Positions 44,590 to 56,423 are shown, numbered from the stretch's first letter. The stretch is DNA of 64,000 nucleotides from an uncultured Methanosarcinaceae archaeon (GCA_963733675.1 CAVTET010000006.1:1-64000); one strand, 5' to 3'. Program-made: numbers and translations. Notes: a model not told the origin generated them from the sequence alone.

Positions 44590-45174
44590 GGTTTAATTCA
44601 CCCTGCTCTAATTTAAGTTGATATTTTATTCCAGCAAGCTGTGGATCATTTTTACGCCGACTTTTATCTTTTTCAATCTGTATTTGTTCAGGCTCCTCTA
44701 CTCCAAGCTCCTGAGATCTAAGACTTTCACCTATTTCTAATATACGTTCTACCATACGCATTTTTTATTTAAGTTACTATTTTTTGCATCTAGTTTCACT
44801 TTTCATGCAGCGGTTTTTAAGCTTTGTTTTCTTGTAATCTATTTTGCTAACAAAAAATATATTAACGTAGTACCAATGGAAGCATTAAAATTACGACGAA
44901 AATAGAAAAAATTAAAATGGAAAGGTAATTATTATCAAGATGGTCTTAATTTAATTGAAAATAGATTGTTGCACATTCATAAATAAGTTAATTTGACTAT
45001 TTCAATTTAAAATTTCTTCCACATTTTCAGGTATTCTATATGCTAAAAACGCTTGAGCATAGAAATTAGTAAATTTTCTTCAAATGCAATAAATGTACTC
45101 TTTTTGGGATTTATCTATAACTTGTGGACACGAAAAAATGATATATAAATTTAGAATAAAAGTGGAAAAAAGTT

Positions 45175-46014
45175 TCAATCTCCCCTGAGTTCTTTTGAGC
45201 GTTTATTTTCCCTCATTTCTTTTGAGCGTTCACTTGCCCTTATTACTGCGCTCATAAATGCAGCCCTGATTCCGGCTTCTTCAAGAGAATGAATGCCTTG
45301 AATCGTAGTTCCGCCAGGAGAAGTGACCATATCCTTGAGTTCTCCTGGATGTAGACCTGTTTCAAGAACCATTTTTGCAGCTCCAAGCACAGTCTGTGCT
45401 GCCAGTGTCTGGGCACTTTTTCTATCCATTCCTTCCAGAACAGCTCCATCGGCCATTGCCTCGATAACAGGAAAAATGAATGCTGGCCCGCTTCCTGAAA
45501 GGCCAGTAACAGTATCCATTAGAGATTCCGGCACCTGGACTGCTGTACCAACTGCCGAAAATATCTCGAGAGTAATCTTCAGGTCTGCAGGAGTGGCATT
45601 CTTGCCAAGAGCAATTCCTGAAGCAGCTTCCAAAACTGTGGCTGCAATATTCGGCATTACACGTATAATCCTGGTGCCTTTGAGGAGGGCATGCTCATAA
45701 GTGAAAAGAGGCACTCCTGCAGCAATCGAAATCACGAGTTTGTCGGAAGTTATGTAATCCCTTAAATCTGCAAGCACTGATTCGAGTTTATCGGGTTTCA
45801 CTGCAAGAATAAGAATATCCGATTTCTGAACAATAATAACATTGTCCATCGATACCATTATACCCATCTCTGCTTGCAGATCTCTCAGAAAAGGCTCATA
45901 TACATCACTTGCACCAATATTTTCATTTTTTACGATTTCGGCTTTAATAATGCCCTTAATAAGAGCAGATCCCATTTTTCCTGCTCCTATAAATCCTATA
46001 TTTCGGTTTTCCAT
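45175..46014 (-). CDS. proC: Pyrroline-5-carboxylate reductase
   Basis: GFIGAGKMG, RVMPN, SGSGPAF and VTSPGGTT. Confidence 0.96.
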   Translation of the reverse strand: MENRNIGFIGAGKMGSALIKGIIKAEIVKNENIGASDVYEPFLRDLQAEMGIMVSMDNVIIVQKSDILILAVKPDKLESVLADLRDYITSDKLVISIAAGVPLFTYEHALLKGTRIIRVMPNIAATVLEAASGIALGKNATPADLKITLEIFSAVGTAVQVPESLMDTVTGLSGSGPAFIFPVIEAMADGAVLEGMDRKSAQTLAAQTVLGAAKMVLETGLHPGELKDMVTSPGGTTIQGIHSLEEAGIRAAFMSAVIRASERSKEMRENKRSKELRGD

Positions 46015-46047
46015 AAATTATCCTCCTCATTTCCAACGATAAATATG

Positions 46048-46070
46048 ATATAGACAGATACTGTCTATAT
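46048..46070. promoter_or_regulatory. Perfect inverted repeat upstream of proC (possible operator or hairpin)
   Basis: ATATAGACAG-ATA-CTGTCTATAT. Confidence 0.5.
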
Positions 46071-46164
46071 TAATTGTAAAATAATTTCACAGAACATCAT
46101 AGGATCGAGATAAGATTCCAGATGATAAGAAATTTATCTAAACTTTTCAAGCCTATATATGGCT

Positions 46165-47322
46165 TTAATTTAATTCTTCCAATATGCCAATATTTTCTTT
46201 TTTTATTACATTATCATAATTTTTATAGCCTAAGATACTTTCAATTTTGTTTGTATGGGCGCCTTTTATTTTAATAAGTTCTTGAGAGGTGTAATCTGTT
46301 ATTCCCTTTGAAAAAACCCTGCCACCACATTCTATTTTTACTATGTCGCCCCTGTCAAAAATTCCCTCAACCTCTACAACACCTGCTGGAAGAAGGCTTC
46401 TTTTTCCTAGAATCGCAGCCTTTGCACCTGCATCTACATGAATAGTGCCTGAAGCCCTTGAAAGAATGATCCAACGGGAGCGATTTTTCGGTATACACCT
46501 CTCTGCGAGGAAGAAGGTTCCGATATCTTCCCCTGAAATAGCATTCAAAACTACATTCTCAATTTCACTGTTCGCAATTAGCATGTAACAACCTGCCATG
46601 TTACATATCTTTGCAGCTTGTATCTTGGTTTTCATTCCGCCTACACCCTTGAAGCTTGTAGAGTCACCCCCATAACTCTCTATTTCAGGTGTGATCTTTT
46701 CCACAAGTGACAGAAGTCTGGCATTGTTATTCGTCTTGGGGTTCCTGTCAAACAGACCGTCGATGTCCGACAGAATGATCAGGAGATCAGCATCTATTTT
46801 GCTTGCAACCATTGCAGAAAGTTTGTCATTGTCCCCAAATATTGCTTCAATCTCATTTGTGCATATACAGTCGTTTTCATTTATTATTGGAATGACCCCA
46901 TACTCCAGAAGGGTAGATATACTGTTCCTCAAGTTGAGGTAAGATACTCTATCCGAATAGAATTCATAAGTAAGAAGGATCTGAGCGACTTTCAGATCAT
47001 GTTTCAAAAAAGCTTCGCTCCAGTACTGCATCAGAATACTCTGCCCAACAGCTGCCGCTGCCTGCCTGATAGGTATTTCACGAGGCTTGGGAGCAATACC
47101 TAGTTCTTGAAGTCCTACGGTTATTGCTCCTGAACTTACTATAATTATTTCCTTCCCCTGCTTTCGAAGCTCGAAAACCTGGGCTACAATACTTTCCATA
47201 AATATGGGATCAATACTACAATTTTCCTTTGTATCGGCACAATTTTTTTTTGTAATAGAGGAAGTACCTATTTTGATGACGATTTTATTCACATCATTAA
47301 GAAATTGTTTTCTATCTGCCAC
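46165..47322 (-). CDS. proB: Glutamate 5-kinase
   Basis: IVIKIGTSS, VSSGAI, INEND, FGDNDKLSA, GGMKTK and a PUA domain. Confidence 0.96.
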   Translation of the reverse strand: MADRKQFLNDVNKIVIKIGTSSITKKNCADTKENCSIDPIFMESIVAQVFELRKQGKEIIIVSSGAITVGLQELGIAPKPREIPIRQAAAAVGQSILMQYWSEAFLKHDLKVAQILLTYEFYSDRVSYLNLRNSISTLLEYGVIPIINENDCICTNEIEAIFGDNDKLSAMVASKIDADLLIILSDIDGLFDRNPKTNNNARLLSLVEKITPEIESYGGDSTSFKGVGGMKTKIQAAKICNMAGCYMLIANSEIENVVLNAISGEDIGTFFLAERCIPKNRSRWIILSRASGTIHVDAGAKAAILGKRSLLPAGVVEVEGIFDRGDIVKIECGGRVFSKGITDYTSQELIKIKGAHTNKIESILGYKNYDNVIKKENIGILEELN

Positions 47323-47462
47323 TCATAAAGCCTCATAGGGTATTTTGAAAATACGGCTGAGATAAATTTTTAACCGCAATCTAAGTTTATATTACTTTTA
47401 ACAAATTTCAATTAAGTTTTCAATTAAGATATTATACTCTCATTGCAAATATTAAAGGACTT

Positions 47463-48806
47463 TCAATTAACATCTCTAAATTTAATGTCAAGTTTTCGAT
47501 GGGTATAGGCCTGTGCATTATTACCTACATAATTCGCAACGATGTGCCCCTTTCCCAAAAGTATATATTTATATATCAGCAGTCCTTCCATCCCCACAGG
47601 TCCGCGGGAATGGATCTTGTTTGTACTGATTCCGACTTCAGCTCCTTTCCCGTAACGATAGCCGTCTGCAAAACGAGTTGAGGCATTTACCATAACACTT
47701 GAAGAGTCAACAAGTCCTATGAACTCTTTTCTACTTGAGGCATTTTCAGTTATTATTCCATCAGTGTGATGGGAACCGAATTTGTTTATGTGATCAATGG
47801 CTTCTTTTATGGAATCAACGAGTTTTATCGAAAGGATTAGATCATTGTACTCTAGACTCCAGTCCTCTTCAGTTGCCTTTTCAAGCGGAGAAAGCCCTCT
47901 ACTTGCAAGTAGAGTGTAACTTTCATTATCACAGCGCAGTTCAACACCTGCCTCAAGATATATTTTTGCCATTTTAAGTAAAAATGCATCTGCAATCCTA
48001 CGGTTTACCAGGAGAGTTTCGATGGCATTGCATGCAGCAGGGTATTGCAATTTGGCGTCAAAGCATACCTTAAAAGCCGTATCGAGATTCGCATATTCAT
48101 CCACATATATGTGGCATACTCCGCTAGTGTGTCCAAGTACAGGTATTTTTGTATTGTTCTGTATAAACTTAACAAACTCATTGGAACCTCTTGGGATAAG
48201 GAGGTCAATATAGGTATCAAGATTCAAAAGGTCCATCACTTCTTCTCTAGTTTCCATGAGCTGGAAAGCACCTTCTGGCATACCACTAGTAGATTCGATA
48301 GCGTTTAAAAGAATTTTGAAAATAGTGCGATTTGACTCTCCTGCTTCGCTTCCACCTTTAAAAATCGTTGCATTCCCACTCTTCAAGCAAAGCGACATTA
48401 CCTGAGGTACTACATCAGGTCTAGATTCAAAGATAACTCCTATCAAACCTATGGGGCAACTTACTTGGTAGAGATTTAGATCCCTGTCAAGTTCAATAGT
48501 AGAGATAGTATCTCCTACAGGATCTTTGAGCTTTATGACGTCTCTTATCCCTGCTATCATTTCATCAATCTTCGAGTTATTTACTTTGAGTCTGTCTACA
48601 AGGGCCTGAGTAAGCTTCCCTTTATTTTTCAGCTCCCTTGCATATTTAAGATCCTTTGAATTTGCGTCTAGAATAGCCTGTCTCTCTTTATCGATGGCTT
48701 CAGCCATAGACTCTAAAGCTATATTTTTGATCCTCTCGCTTAAATTGGCAAGTTCGATTGACGCTTTTTTTGCAATTACTACTTTGTTTATAATATCTTT
48801 AGCCAT
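47463..48806 (-). CDS. proA: Gamma-glutamyl phosphate reductase
   Basis: IFESRPDV, KGGSEA, ACNAIETLL, NASTRFADG and HSRGPVG. Confidence 0.96.
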   Translation of the reverse strand: MAKDIINKVVIAKKASIELANLSERIKNIALESMAEAIDKERQAILDANSKDLKYARELKNKGKLTQALVDRLKVNNSKIDEMIAGIRDVIKLKDPVGDTISTIELDRDLNLYQVSCPIGLIGVIFESRPDVVPQVMSLCLKSGNATIFKGGSEAGESNRTIFKILLNAIESTSGMPEGAFQLMETREEVMDLLNLDTYIDLLIPRGSNEFVKFIQNNTKIPVLGHTSGVCHIYVDEYANLDTAFKVCFDAKLQYPAACNAIETLLVNRRIADAFLLKMAKIYLEAGVELRCDNESYTLLASRGLSPLEKATEEDWSLEYNDLILSIKLVDSIKEAIDHINKFGSHHTDGIITENASSRKEFIGLVDSSSVMVNASTRFADGYRYGKGAEVGISTNKIHSRGPVGMEGLLIYKYILLGKGHIVANYVGNNAQAYTHRKLDIKFRDVN

Positions 48807-48979
48807 ATAATCACCATCTTTATCTGAAAAAGCCTTAGGTCTCAGTTATGTAGCTAGGAAACTGAACTCTTTAAGCGTGTCATTAATTTAAAGAATATTG
48901 GGCGTTATCAGTATCTTGATGCAGAGTTCATATTTTTCGGCAAATTCTATTATATACTCCTTAATTTTCTTTTTTGATT

Positions 48980-49690
48980 ACTGTGCCATTAATATACTTG
49001 TTTCCTATTTTCCAGTCTTCAGTTGTATCAATGAGTATTGAGCCTGTTCATCTCAATATTGATCTCTTGTTAGGTGATGCCTCTATAACTCTACTTCTTG
49101 TTTTGAGTTCCTTGTTAGACCTTTCCATCATATTTATTGTTCTTATTTTTTTCCAGTGATTCTTTGGAAACTACATATAATTCATCATATTTTACTGGAA
49201 GCTTTCAAGCGTGTTAACTGCACTTTTATACCCATAATATCAAGTTCCAGAACAAGATCGTACCGTTTCTGATGATCTATCAAATGCTTCCTTCAATTTC
49301 TCAATCACTTATTTTTGCTTCTTTTTTGGCACCGTCTCGAGTACTTGTCTTATTAGATGACGCGATATATCTGAAAGCTTAATCCAAGAAAGATTTTCCG
49401 ATTTCTTTATGTATCACTTTAAGCCCATCAGAAACTATTAACTTTACACCTCTTAAACATCTTTCTTTCAGATCATCAAAAAAACCTTGAAAAAACAAAG
49501 AATATTCAAAGTCTACTAATCTTGCTTCAAGGATTTTACGGTAACCATTATCTTTTATCCAAACAACTGAGGATGGCCAAGCCCCTGCGCTGGATATCAA
49601 AAAAGTTATACAAAGTCAAATATATTCATTTGTTTAGATTCTTCTTTTTTCCTGGTCCCTTGAATTCCAAAATAGCTTTTAATTACATAG
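48980..49690 (-). mobile_element. IS256-family transposase remnant
   Basis: DLKERCLRGVKLIVSDG, HLIRQVL and FPKNHWKKIRTINMMERSNKELK.R, with many stops. Confidence 0.85.
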
Positions 49691-49809
49691 GAAGTTGTAC
49701 AATAATTCATAGTTCAATGTTACCTATATCTATCCAAAATTTATAATTCCCTAATTATGTTTTACTCTCATACTATTTTTAAAGATTGTTCATGCTTTGA
49801 TACTTTTTA

Positions 49810-50150
49810 TAATCCGCAGCAATCCTTAAGGGAGTGTTTTGTCTCAGCACCAACAAAAAATATACGTTCTCTCGATCATTACTGATTGCATCAAACTCAA
49901 AAAATATATTTTCCCAATTTGAAGGAATATATTTTTGAATTGTTGATGATGTAATTGTCTAAATAAAAATCTTTTAGATATTTCTCACAAAAAAGGTGTT
50001 AATCCGTTTTATTGACATAAATTTTTGCATTACTTACTTCTATTTTATAGTGAAAATGTAGATTAAAATATAAATAAGTTAGTTAATAAAGGTTATCAGA
50101 GAAGTTTCCGCCCCCGTAACAAGCTGAGGGGTATTCGAATGGAATAAAAT
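49810..50150 (-). mobile_element. IS200/IS605 TnpA remnant and adjacent GC-rich hairpin end
   Basis: EFDAISNDRENVYFFVGAETKHS resembles a degenerate D.DHVH.FVGA.PK.SP. The hairpin-like CCCCGTAACAAGCTGAGGGGTATTCG is at 50112-50137. Confidence 0.55.
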
Positions 50151-50370
50151 TATTTAAAAATTCTAAAGTATTTAAGGGTAAGTACAGGACGAATTTGACA
50201 GTGTAGCCAAAGTTCTATCAAAAATGAATGACTCGTTATCCTTTTCTTTCACTGCAAAAAGTATGATGCAAATCCAATAGCTTTACTGACAAAGTTTTTG
50301 TTTCCATTGTTTTCATTGATGTATAGGTTTATAAAGTAAAACTATGCATCTTGTATTAGTTGATGTTTGT

Positions 50371-51132
50371 TTATTTTTCTATTACTGTGAACCTCATAGT
50401 GAATTTCATACCATTGTCCCTTTTTAAGACAAATTCCCCATCTAATTGATCTACTAGGGAAGCTATTAGCTGAAATCCAAGACTATTAAGACTTTCAATT
50501 TCAAAGTTCTCAGGAATGCCAACGCCGTTGTCTGATACGTCCACGGTAAAACTTGTGCTCTTAAAGCGATCTTTTTTGTGCCCTTCTCTACGAAGTTTGA
50601 TTTGAATTTCCCCCTTAGCTCTACCGGAAAATGCATGTTTGAGAGAGTTGGAAAATAGTTCATTAATAATCATTCCCAATGGGACTGCAGTATTCATATC
50701 AAAGAAAAAGTTTTCTTCCAGATCCATATTTAAACTGATATCGGTATTTCCAAGTCTGTATGTCATAAAAATATTCTCAACGAGTTTCCCAAGGTATGAT
50801 GAGAAACCAACTGTATCGCCTCCATTCCCTTCATGCAGTTCCTCATGAATAAGAGCCATAGATATTACTCTGTGCTGGATTTCCCTGAAGGCATCTAGGA
50901 CTTCTGAGTCCATTATATTCTTTCGGTCTTTGAACTTTTCAGCCTGAAGGTCAAGAAGGGAAGAGATAACCTGAAGATTATTCTTGATCCTATGATGAAT
51001 TTCCTTTCTCCGGACATTTTCAATATTTGTTAGAGATTTTCCTGCCTTTCTAGTCTTCGTAATATCCTGAACTGTTGCTCCCATTTGAATAGGGATATTT
51101 TTTTTCATTAAAAATAACTTCACTTTGCTCAT
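50371..51132 (-). pseudogene. HisKA_2-type sensor histidine kinase, N-terminally eroded
   Basis: EIHHRIKNNLQVISSLL, MALIHEEL, INELFSNSLKHAF and DNGVG. The PAS/PAC region upstream is frameshifted. Confidence 0.85.
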
Positions 51133-51419
51133 TGACTAAACATTCTCCCCATTGGCTAAAATAATCCTATAATCCATGTTATATTGCATTTTTTTTAAAG
51201 TTATTTTAATTGCATTTCTCGAATATATACTGAGATAATTTTATGGAATAGGTCGTTGCTATGTAGTAACAGATGAAAACATAAACTAGAGTAGGGTCTT
51301 AATATATATAATATTTTTAGCGTATAACATTATTCTATCTTCTGATTTTTTTACTCAATAGATTATTGAGTAGAGAAATCTCACATCTAAAGAAACCAGT
51401 AAGGTAGGTAGGTAAAGCA

Positions 51420-52170
51420 CCAGCCTTTCCACAACTACACATTGAGACAGTCGATTCATGAAGGTTTCATCTTGGACATGCTCAGCTATTACACGCCTTA
51501 AAAAGCTACTAGAAACTGATTAAGACAATCGAAAATCATCCGGAATTCGGCATCAAAGAGCGAAGAAGAAACTTACAAGTATGCCGAAAGCCACGATTAT
51601 GCTATCCAGCTTAAGGCCGAGATCATGATAGTTCACTTCCACGAACAAGTGATCGCACTTAGAAAAATTTAGGATCAGGAACGGACAATGATAGTTACGG
51701 ACAGGGACGAATGCACCATTCAGTATTATCACTCTATCCGCAACTATCTCATCGAGGAGAAGTCCCTATCAGGCAATTGTCACCTTTTCGGAAGAGCACG
51801 AATACTGCGGAGTGAAAGTCACCGAAGCTTCGCCAATGGCTTCCCGTCAAGTAAGATTGAAGATCAGATCAAAGAAAACCCATAAGGTTCCTTATCTGTA
51901 CCGATAGATTCCAGACCTGTTATGATGAACTGCTTCTGACACGATGTACGCAGATAAGGTACTGTCTGACATTAAAGCTTTCCAGACATTCTCGCGGTTG
52001 AATCGGGCACATCCACAGAAGCACGAGGTTTTTGTACTTGACTTCATGAACGATACAGATACCATTCAGGTTACTTTTTCTGATTATTACCGTACTACAA
52101 TCCTGAGTGAGGAAAACGATCCTAATAAACTTCATTATCTGAAATCAGACCTCGATAGTTATCAGGTATT
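51420..52170 (+). pseudogene. hsdR: Type I restriction enzyme R subunit internal remnant
   Basis: PFHNY..RQSIHEGFILD, KAEIM..HF and FQT.YDE.LL..MYADK.L..IKAFQTFSRLNR.HP.K...FVLDF. Confidence 0.8.
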
Positions 52171-52756
52171 CCCCGGAAGATATAGAGCAATTAATTTACC
52201 TCTATCTATCGTGTGCTTAAGGTTAAGAACATGATTTAATATCAATGGAAATCCATGCGTCTAAAAAGGCAAACTCAGAATACAGATATTTATGAAATCG
52301 TGGATTAAAGGATGGGTTTATCATGATAAATAAGACTGGGGGAAGGCTAGCGATCATTGATTGGCTTTTAAACCAAGAGAATGAAAATATGTTTAAAGAA
52401 AAATTACCTATAAATAGAAGAATTAGATGAGCTTGAAGATGCTTTTGACAATTCATTAATACAAGAACAAGAAGTTATTACAAAACCTAACGTTTCCTCA
52501 AGGAAATGATATTTGATATCTCTAATGTTACTGGAAAAACACCAACTTGAAACTAAAAATTAATAAGTTAAATGAATAATATGCAGAACATAATGGTGTA
52601 CAAAAAAAAATCTGGAAATGATTGAATGCGGACAGAGGTCAAGATAAGAATTTTTGGATAGGAGCATGTAATTAAGGAGTTGAACTTATTAATAAAGTAA
52701 AAGAGCAAAAACTCGATGTTCAATTAATTCAGAAAAACGAAGAAAATATAGAGACA

Positions 52757-53173
52757 ATGCTTAAAATCGATTATGAAGCTTTCAATGAGAATTTGCTCAG
52801 TAACTGGTCGTTAGTACCTTATATTAGATATGGACAGGTTTTCGGTCTCTTTGCTCGCAATACCCTGAAAGGTTTTGCTATATTTGTGAGAGCCTGGGAA
52901 AATCCAAAACTTGCTTATCTAGTGGAGATAGCAATAGAGAGAGAAAGTCAAGGAAAAGGATATGGATATTATCTCTTATTACAATCACTACTTCATCTAA
53001 AAAAGAACGAATTATCTATTGTTGTTTTAACAGTTGACCCAAACAATTCACGGGCTCAGCATATTTATTGTGATAAATTTGGATTTGAATTTGTAGAATA
53101 TCGAGAGAATGAATATGGGCAAGGACATGACAGAATGTTCCTAAGATTAGACTTGGAGAATTGGGCCCATTAG
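52757..53173 (+). CDS. GNAT-family N-acetyltransferase (RimI-like)
   Basis: EIAIERESQGKGYG acetyl-CoA motif and LTVDPNNSRA..IY..FGF. Confidence 0.88.
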   Translation: MLKIDYEAFNENLLSNWSLVPYIRYGQVFGLFARNTLKGFAIFVRAWENPKLAYLVEIAIERESQGKGYGYYLLLQSLLHLKKNELSIVVLTVDPNNSRAQHIYCDKFGFEFVEYRENEYGQGHDRMFLRLDLENWAH

Positions 53174-53446
53174 CCCTCATTTTGGCATCGGTTAACGAAT
53201 TTATGCATAACTTCGAATACCATATATATCGATTTTTCGACTTTGATGTTGGATATTTAGCTTAAATAGTAACACTTTTTAGATTTCTGCGCCTCAACCA
53301 AATACAAATGAATTACTTTCAACCCTAAAACTTGATTATTATTCAAAATACGAAATTCAAAAAAGAGAATTTTGAGTTTTGGGATAAGCTTATCAAGTAT
53401 TAAATAGGACAAAATAGAAAAAAATTACTTTGAACAAAAGTTTAGA

Positions 53447-53557
53447 TGCCCGGAGCGTGACTCGAACACGCGACCTCCAGATATCTCAGGAGATTAAAGA
53501 CGCCTTATCTAAAAGTCCCTATGAGTCTGGCGCCCCAACCGACTAGGCTATCCGGGC
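53447..53557 (-). tRNA. tRNA-Met (CAT, elongator type) with a 37-nt intron (53483-53519) at position 37/38
   Basis: GCCCGGA acceptor, CCAGA-CTCATA|intron|A-TCTGG and T arm GCGTG-TTCGAGT-CACGC. Confidence 0.93.
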
Positions 53558-54149
53558 CTTCAATCAACACACAAATGTACGAAGCTATATTAAAGGATAG
53601 CGATTGGAGGAGTAAAACGAGATTTTTATTAAATCGTTATTCAAGGCGAATACCCCGCAGCTTTCTGAGGAGATGGGAACTTTCAAGAACCATTATAATC
53701 TAGCAGATTTATATTTTGATCTACCTTTGCACTATAAAATGGAACTACTTCATGCAATCCGTTGTGCCTATAAAACAAGATATCAAATGTTTTTTTTAGA
53801 CAATGACAGAATCAATTATTCCAAAATTATATGCTTTTAGATTGGTTTAAAACCCTAAAAAGATGATTAAGAATTTTTTTTAATTTCGTCTAAGATTGCC
53901 TAAATTTTACCATTAATTATACTAATAATTGACTACAATAAATTAAAAACTTCGAAAAAAATAAAAAATCTCCGAATTGGAAATGCTAACTGCGAATCAA
54001 AAATTTTATAAAACTGCATCCTAAAAGCAGCACTAAATCATGGATTACAATGTGATAGGAGACTAAAAAAATTTAGAGTCGGTAATCTACAGTGAAGTTC
54101 TCCAGATAAGACATTTAAGTAGCATTATCTAAAGGGTAAAAGGAAAAAA

Positions 54150-54512
54150 TCAAGCAGAAGAAAGTTCTACGATGGCTTCTGCCAGATTCCCGTTTGACTT
54201 TATTAGAGCTTCACGTGCCTCTTTTTCAGAAACACCTGTCTGTTCTATTACGAGTTTTATATCATCTGCGGGAATTTCCAGTTCTTTCGGGATTTCCTTT
54301 GCATCACCTACAATCTGGTATGTTTCTGAGCCCTGAACATTCATGATAGTGACATTTGCATTTTCGATAACGATATTTAAGTCTGCAGTCTTTATTATTA
54401 CTTCCTGAACATCCTTAAGCTCTTTGACATTAATCCCCATCTGCTTCATCATTTGCTTCATTTTAGCCGGGTTCACACCTCGGCCCCCCACTCCTCCAAT
54501 TCCTGGAAACAT
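54150..54512 (-). CDS. nac: Nascent polypeptide-associated complex protein
   Basis: MKQMMKQMGI...EVII...QGSETYQI plus a UBA-like C-terminus. Confidence 0.95.
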   Translation of the reverse strand: MFPGIGGVGGRGVNPAKMKQMMKQMGINVKELKDVQEVIIKTADLNIVIENANVTIMNVQGSETYQIVGDAKEIPKELEIPADDIKLVIEQTGVSEKEAREALIKSNGNLAEAIVELSSA

Positions 54513-54593
54513 AGATTTGCTTCTCCTTTGTTGATGGTTTTTGTTTGCTCTTTTAGGTTCTAATTCGCATGCTCATCAATATTTTATTTACCT

Positions 54594-54914
54594 TTAATGA
54601 CATCCTCCTCCACATGTGCCGCATCCACCGGCTGTGGGGTTACTAATAAGGAATCCTTTCCCATTTTCATCTTCAATAAAGTCAATGCTGCCCTGAGAAA
54701 AGTTTCTTTCAATATCTTTTGCCATCACGAGTTTGATCCGATTGCTTTCCATCGTTACATCTTCTTCCTTTACTTCACCATCAAAGGAAAGTCCATATTG
54801 AATTCCACTGCATGAAACCCCGGCAACAAATATTCGGAGAGCAATTTCGGGATTTCCTTCCTGTTCAATGAGTGTTTTAAGTTCTGAAGCAGCTTTATCT
54901 GTTACTTCTATCAT
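54594..54914 (-). CDS. HesB/IscA family Fe-S assembly protein
   Basis: VTDKAA, LRIFVAGVSCSGIQYGL, IDF and a C-terminal CGTCGGGCH. Confidence 0.9.
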   Translation of the reverse strand: MIEVTDKAASELKTLIEQEGNPEIALRIFVAGVSCSGIQYGLSFDGEVKEEDVTMESNRIKLVMAKDIERNFSQGSIDFIEDENGKGFLISNPTAGGCGTCGGGCH

Positions 54915-55210
54915 TTATATACCTCTTTTTATTTTGAAAGTTTCCTAAATGGATGTCTCCTTTAATTTTGATACTATTTATCCGTTACAGCTTACAGATA
55001 ATTTCCAAATGGTATATGTTCTTGCATCTGAGACATATAACGTTTATTTAGAATTGAGGCTTTTATTCTTCAGAAAGATATTTTTAGAGAAAATATATGG
55101 GAGAGCAGGACACTATTCCTTCTGAATAAATGTCATTATTTTACGAATATACAAATATAGTATATATATTGATTACATACTTTTCCGGATAGTTTTCCAT
55201 AACTTTTAAT

Positions 55211-56371
55211 TCACAGAAATTCGGCATCCTCATCCATAGGCTGTTCCAGAACCTTTGCATTATAAGCATTTATTTCCAGAGAGTTACGCTTTCCCCTCAC
55301 TTCCCAGATAGGAATATACACAAGCTCCATGTCGAGCTCTATATCTTCAGCTCTTGGACCGATGTTCCTATGTTCATATATAATTGCTTGCCCGTCCATA
55401 TTGTTAAAGCGTATTTCACGTGTATTTTCCTCAATAATTAAATCTAGAATGATCTTCTCAGCCTGTTTCCTGTTAACATTTTGCCTTCTGATCTCATGTT
55501 GTACTGCTGGGATTCTTGTCGGCATTCTAAGACCTTCAATTTCCATATCCTCATTTGATTTATTTAACGCGTTAAGAAAACCTTTCCCTTTGCCGGCAAT
55601 GCTTAAAACTTTTGATCGAAATCGCTTTTCTACCTCAACATTATATATGTATTTCCAAAAAGGTACAAATTTCAAAATTGCATCCTCAGGATTGCTGAGA
55701 TAGGACTTTGCAATGTCTATCGCCTGATTTTTAGAAATATTTGGTTCCACTGACAGTATATTAAGCATTCCGTATGAATCAACTTTAGGAATCTCAACAT
55801 GTGCCAGTTTGTTTGGATTATTCATCTTCTCATAAGGTCTTAGCAGAGATTTGGCTTCAAAAAAGGTATTATCTGCTCCCAATGACTGGCTCTGGAGTGG
55901 TAAGAGCTCTCTGCTAGAGTCAGATTCCTGCCTGAATATATCTTCTTTCCAACCTTCTGAATGCAATTCAAAAGTTATTCCGGTGGATGAATCCAGTGTC
56001 TTATTTGTTGATGAAGCTTCTGGTCCAAAATGCGAATTTTTTATTTTCCTTTCTATATTTATGAGAACCATCCTCCCTATCTGAAGGGCCAAATCGTCTC
56101 TGTCCCACAAATGGATCCCGAATTCAGCTGCATAGTTACTTAATTCTCCAGAAGTTTTCTGGGTCATCACATATATTCCTTTACAGCCTCTTAACTTTTC
56201 GTAAAAGGCTTTTATTTCTTCATAATCTGGCCTTGAGGCATACCTGACATAAGCATGATGCCGGTTTTTCTCCACAATGATATCACACTGACTGGATATT
56301 GTAACATTGTATCCAGATGATTTGAAGATATCCACAAGAATTTTTAAAAGGTCTTGCTCCATTATTCTCAC
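55211..56371 (-). CDS. Hypothetical protein, possibly with an N-terminal restriction-endonuclease-like fold
   Basis: 386-aa intact ORF; the IFKSSGYNV...DIIVEK...GIHLWDRDDL pattern resembles Mrr-type domains. Confidence 0.7.
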   Translation of the reverse strand: MRIMEQDLLKILVDIFKSSGYNVTISSQCDIIVEKNRHHAYVRYASRPDYEEIKAFYEKLRGCKGIYVMTQKTSGELSNYAAEFGIHLWDRDDLALQIGRMVLINIERKIKNSHFGPEASSTNKTLDSSTGITFELHSEGWKEDIFRQESDSSRELLPLQSQSLGADNTFFEAKSLLRPYEKMNNPNKLAHVEIPKVDSYGMLNILSVEPNISKNQAIDIAKSYLSNPEDAILKFVPFWKYIYNVEVEKRFRSKVLSIAGKGKGFLNALNKSNEDMEIEGLRMPTRIPAVQHEIRRQNVNRKQAEKIILDLIIEENTREIRFNNMDGQAIIYEHRNIGPRAEDIELDMELVYIPIWEVRGKRNSLEINAYNAKVLEQPMDEDAEFL

Positions 56372-56423
56372 TCTTCTATATTCTGCACAGCTAAAATAGT
56401 TTATGTTTTACACTTAATAAATA

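Noticed and set aside
45175-45235. Short duplication at the proC C-terminus (RSKEMRENKRSKELRGD)
   Set aside because: It is a small local tandem duplication with no evident significance.
53483-53519. tRNA-Met intron
   Set aside because: It is a canonical 37/38 archaeal intron, which is expected.
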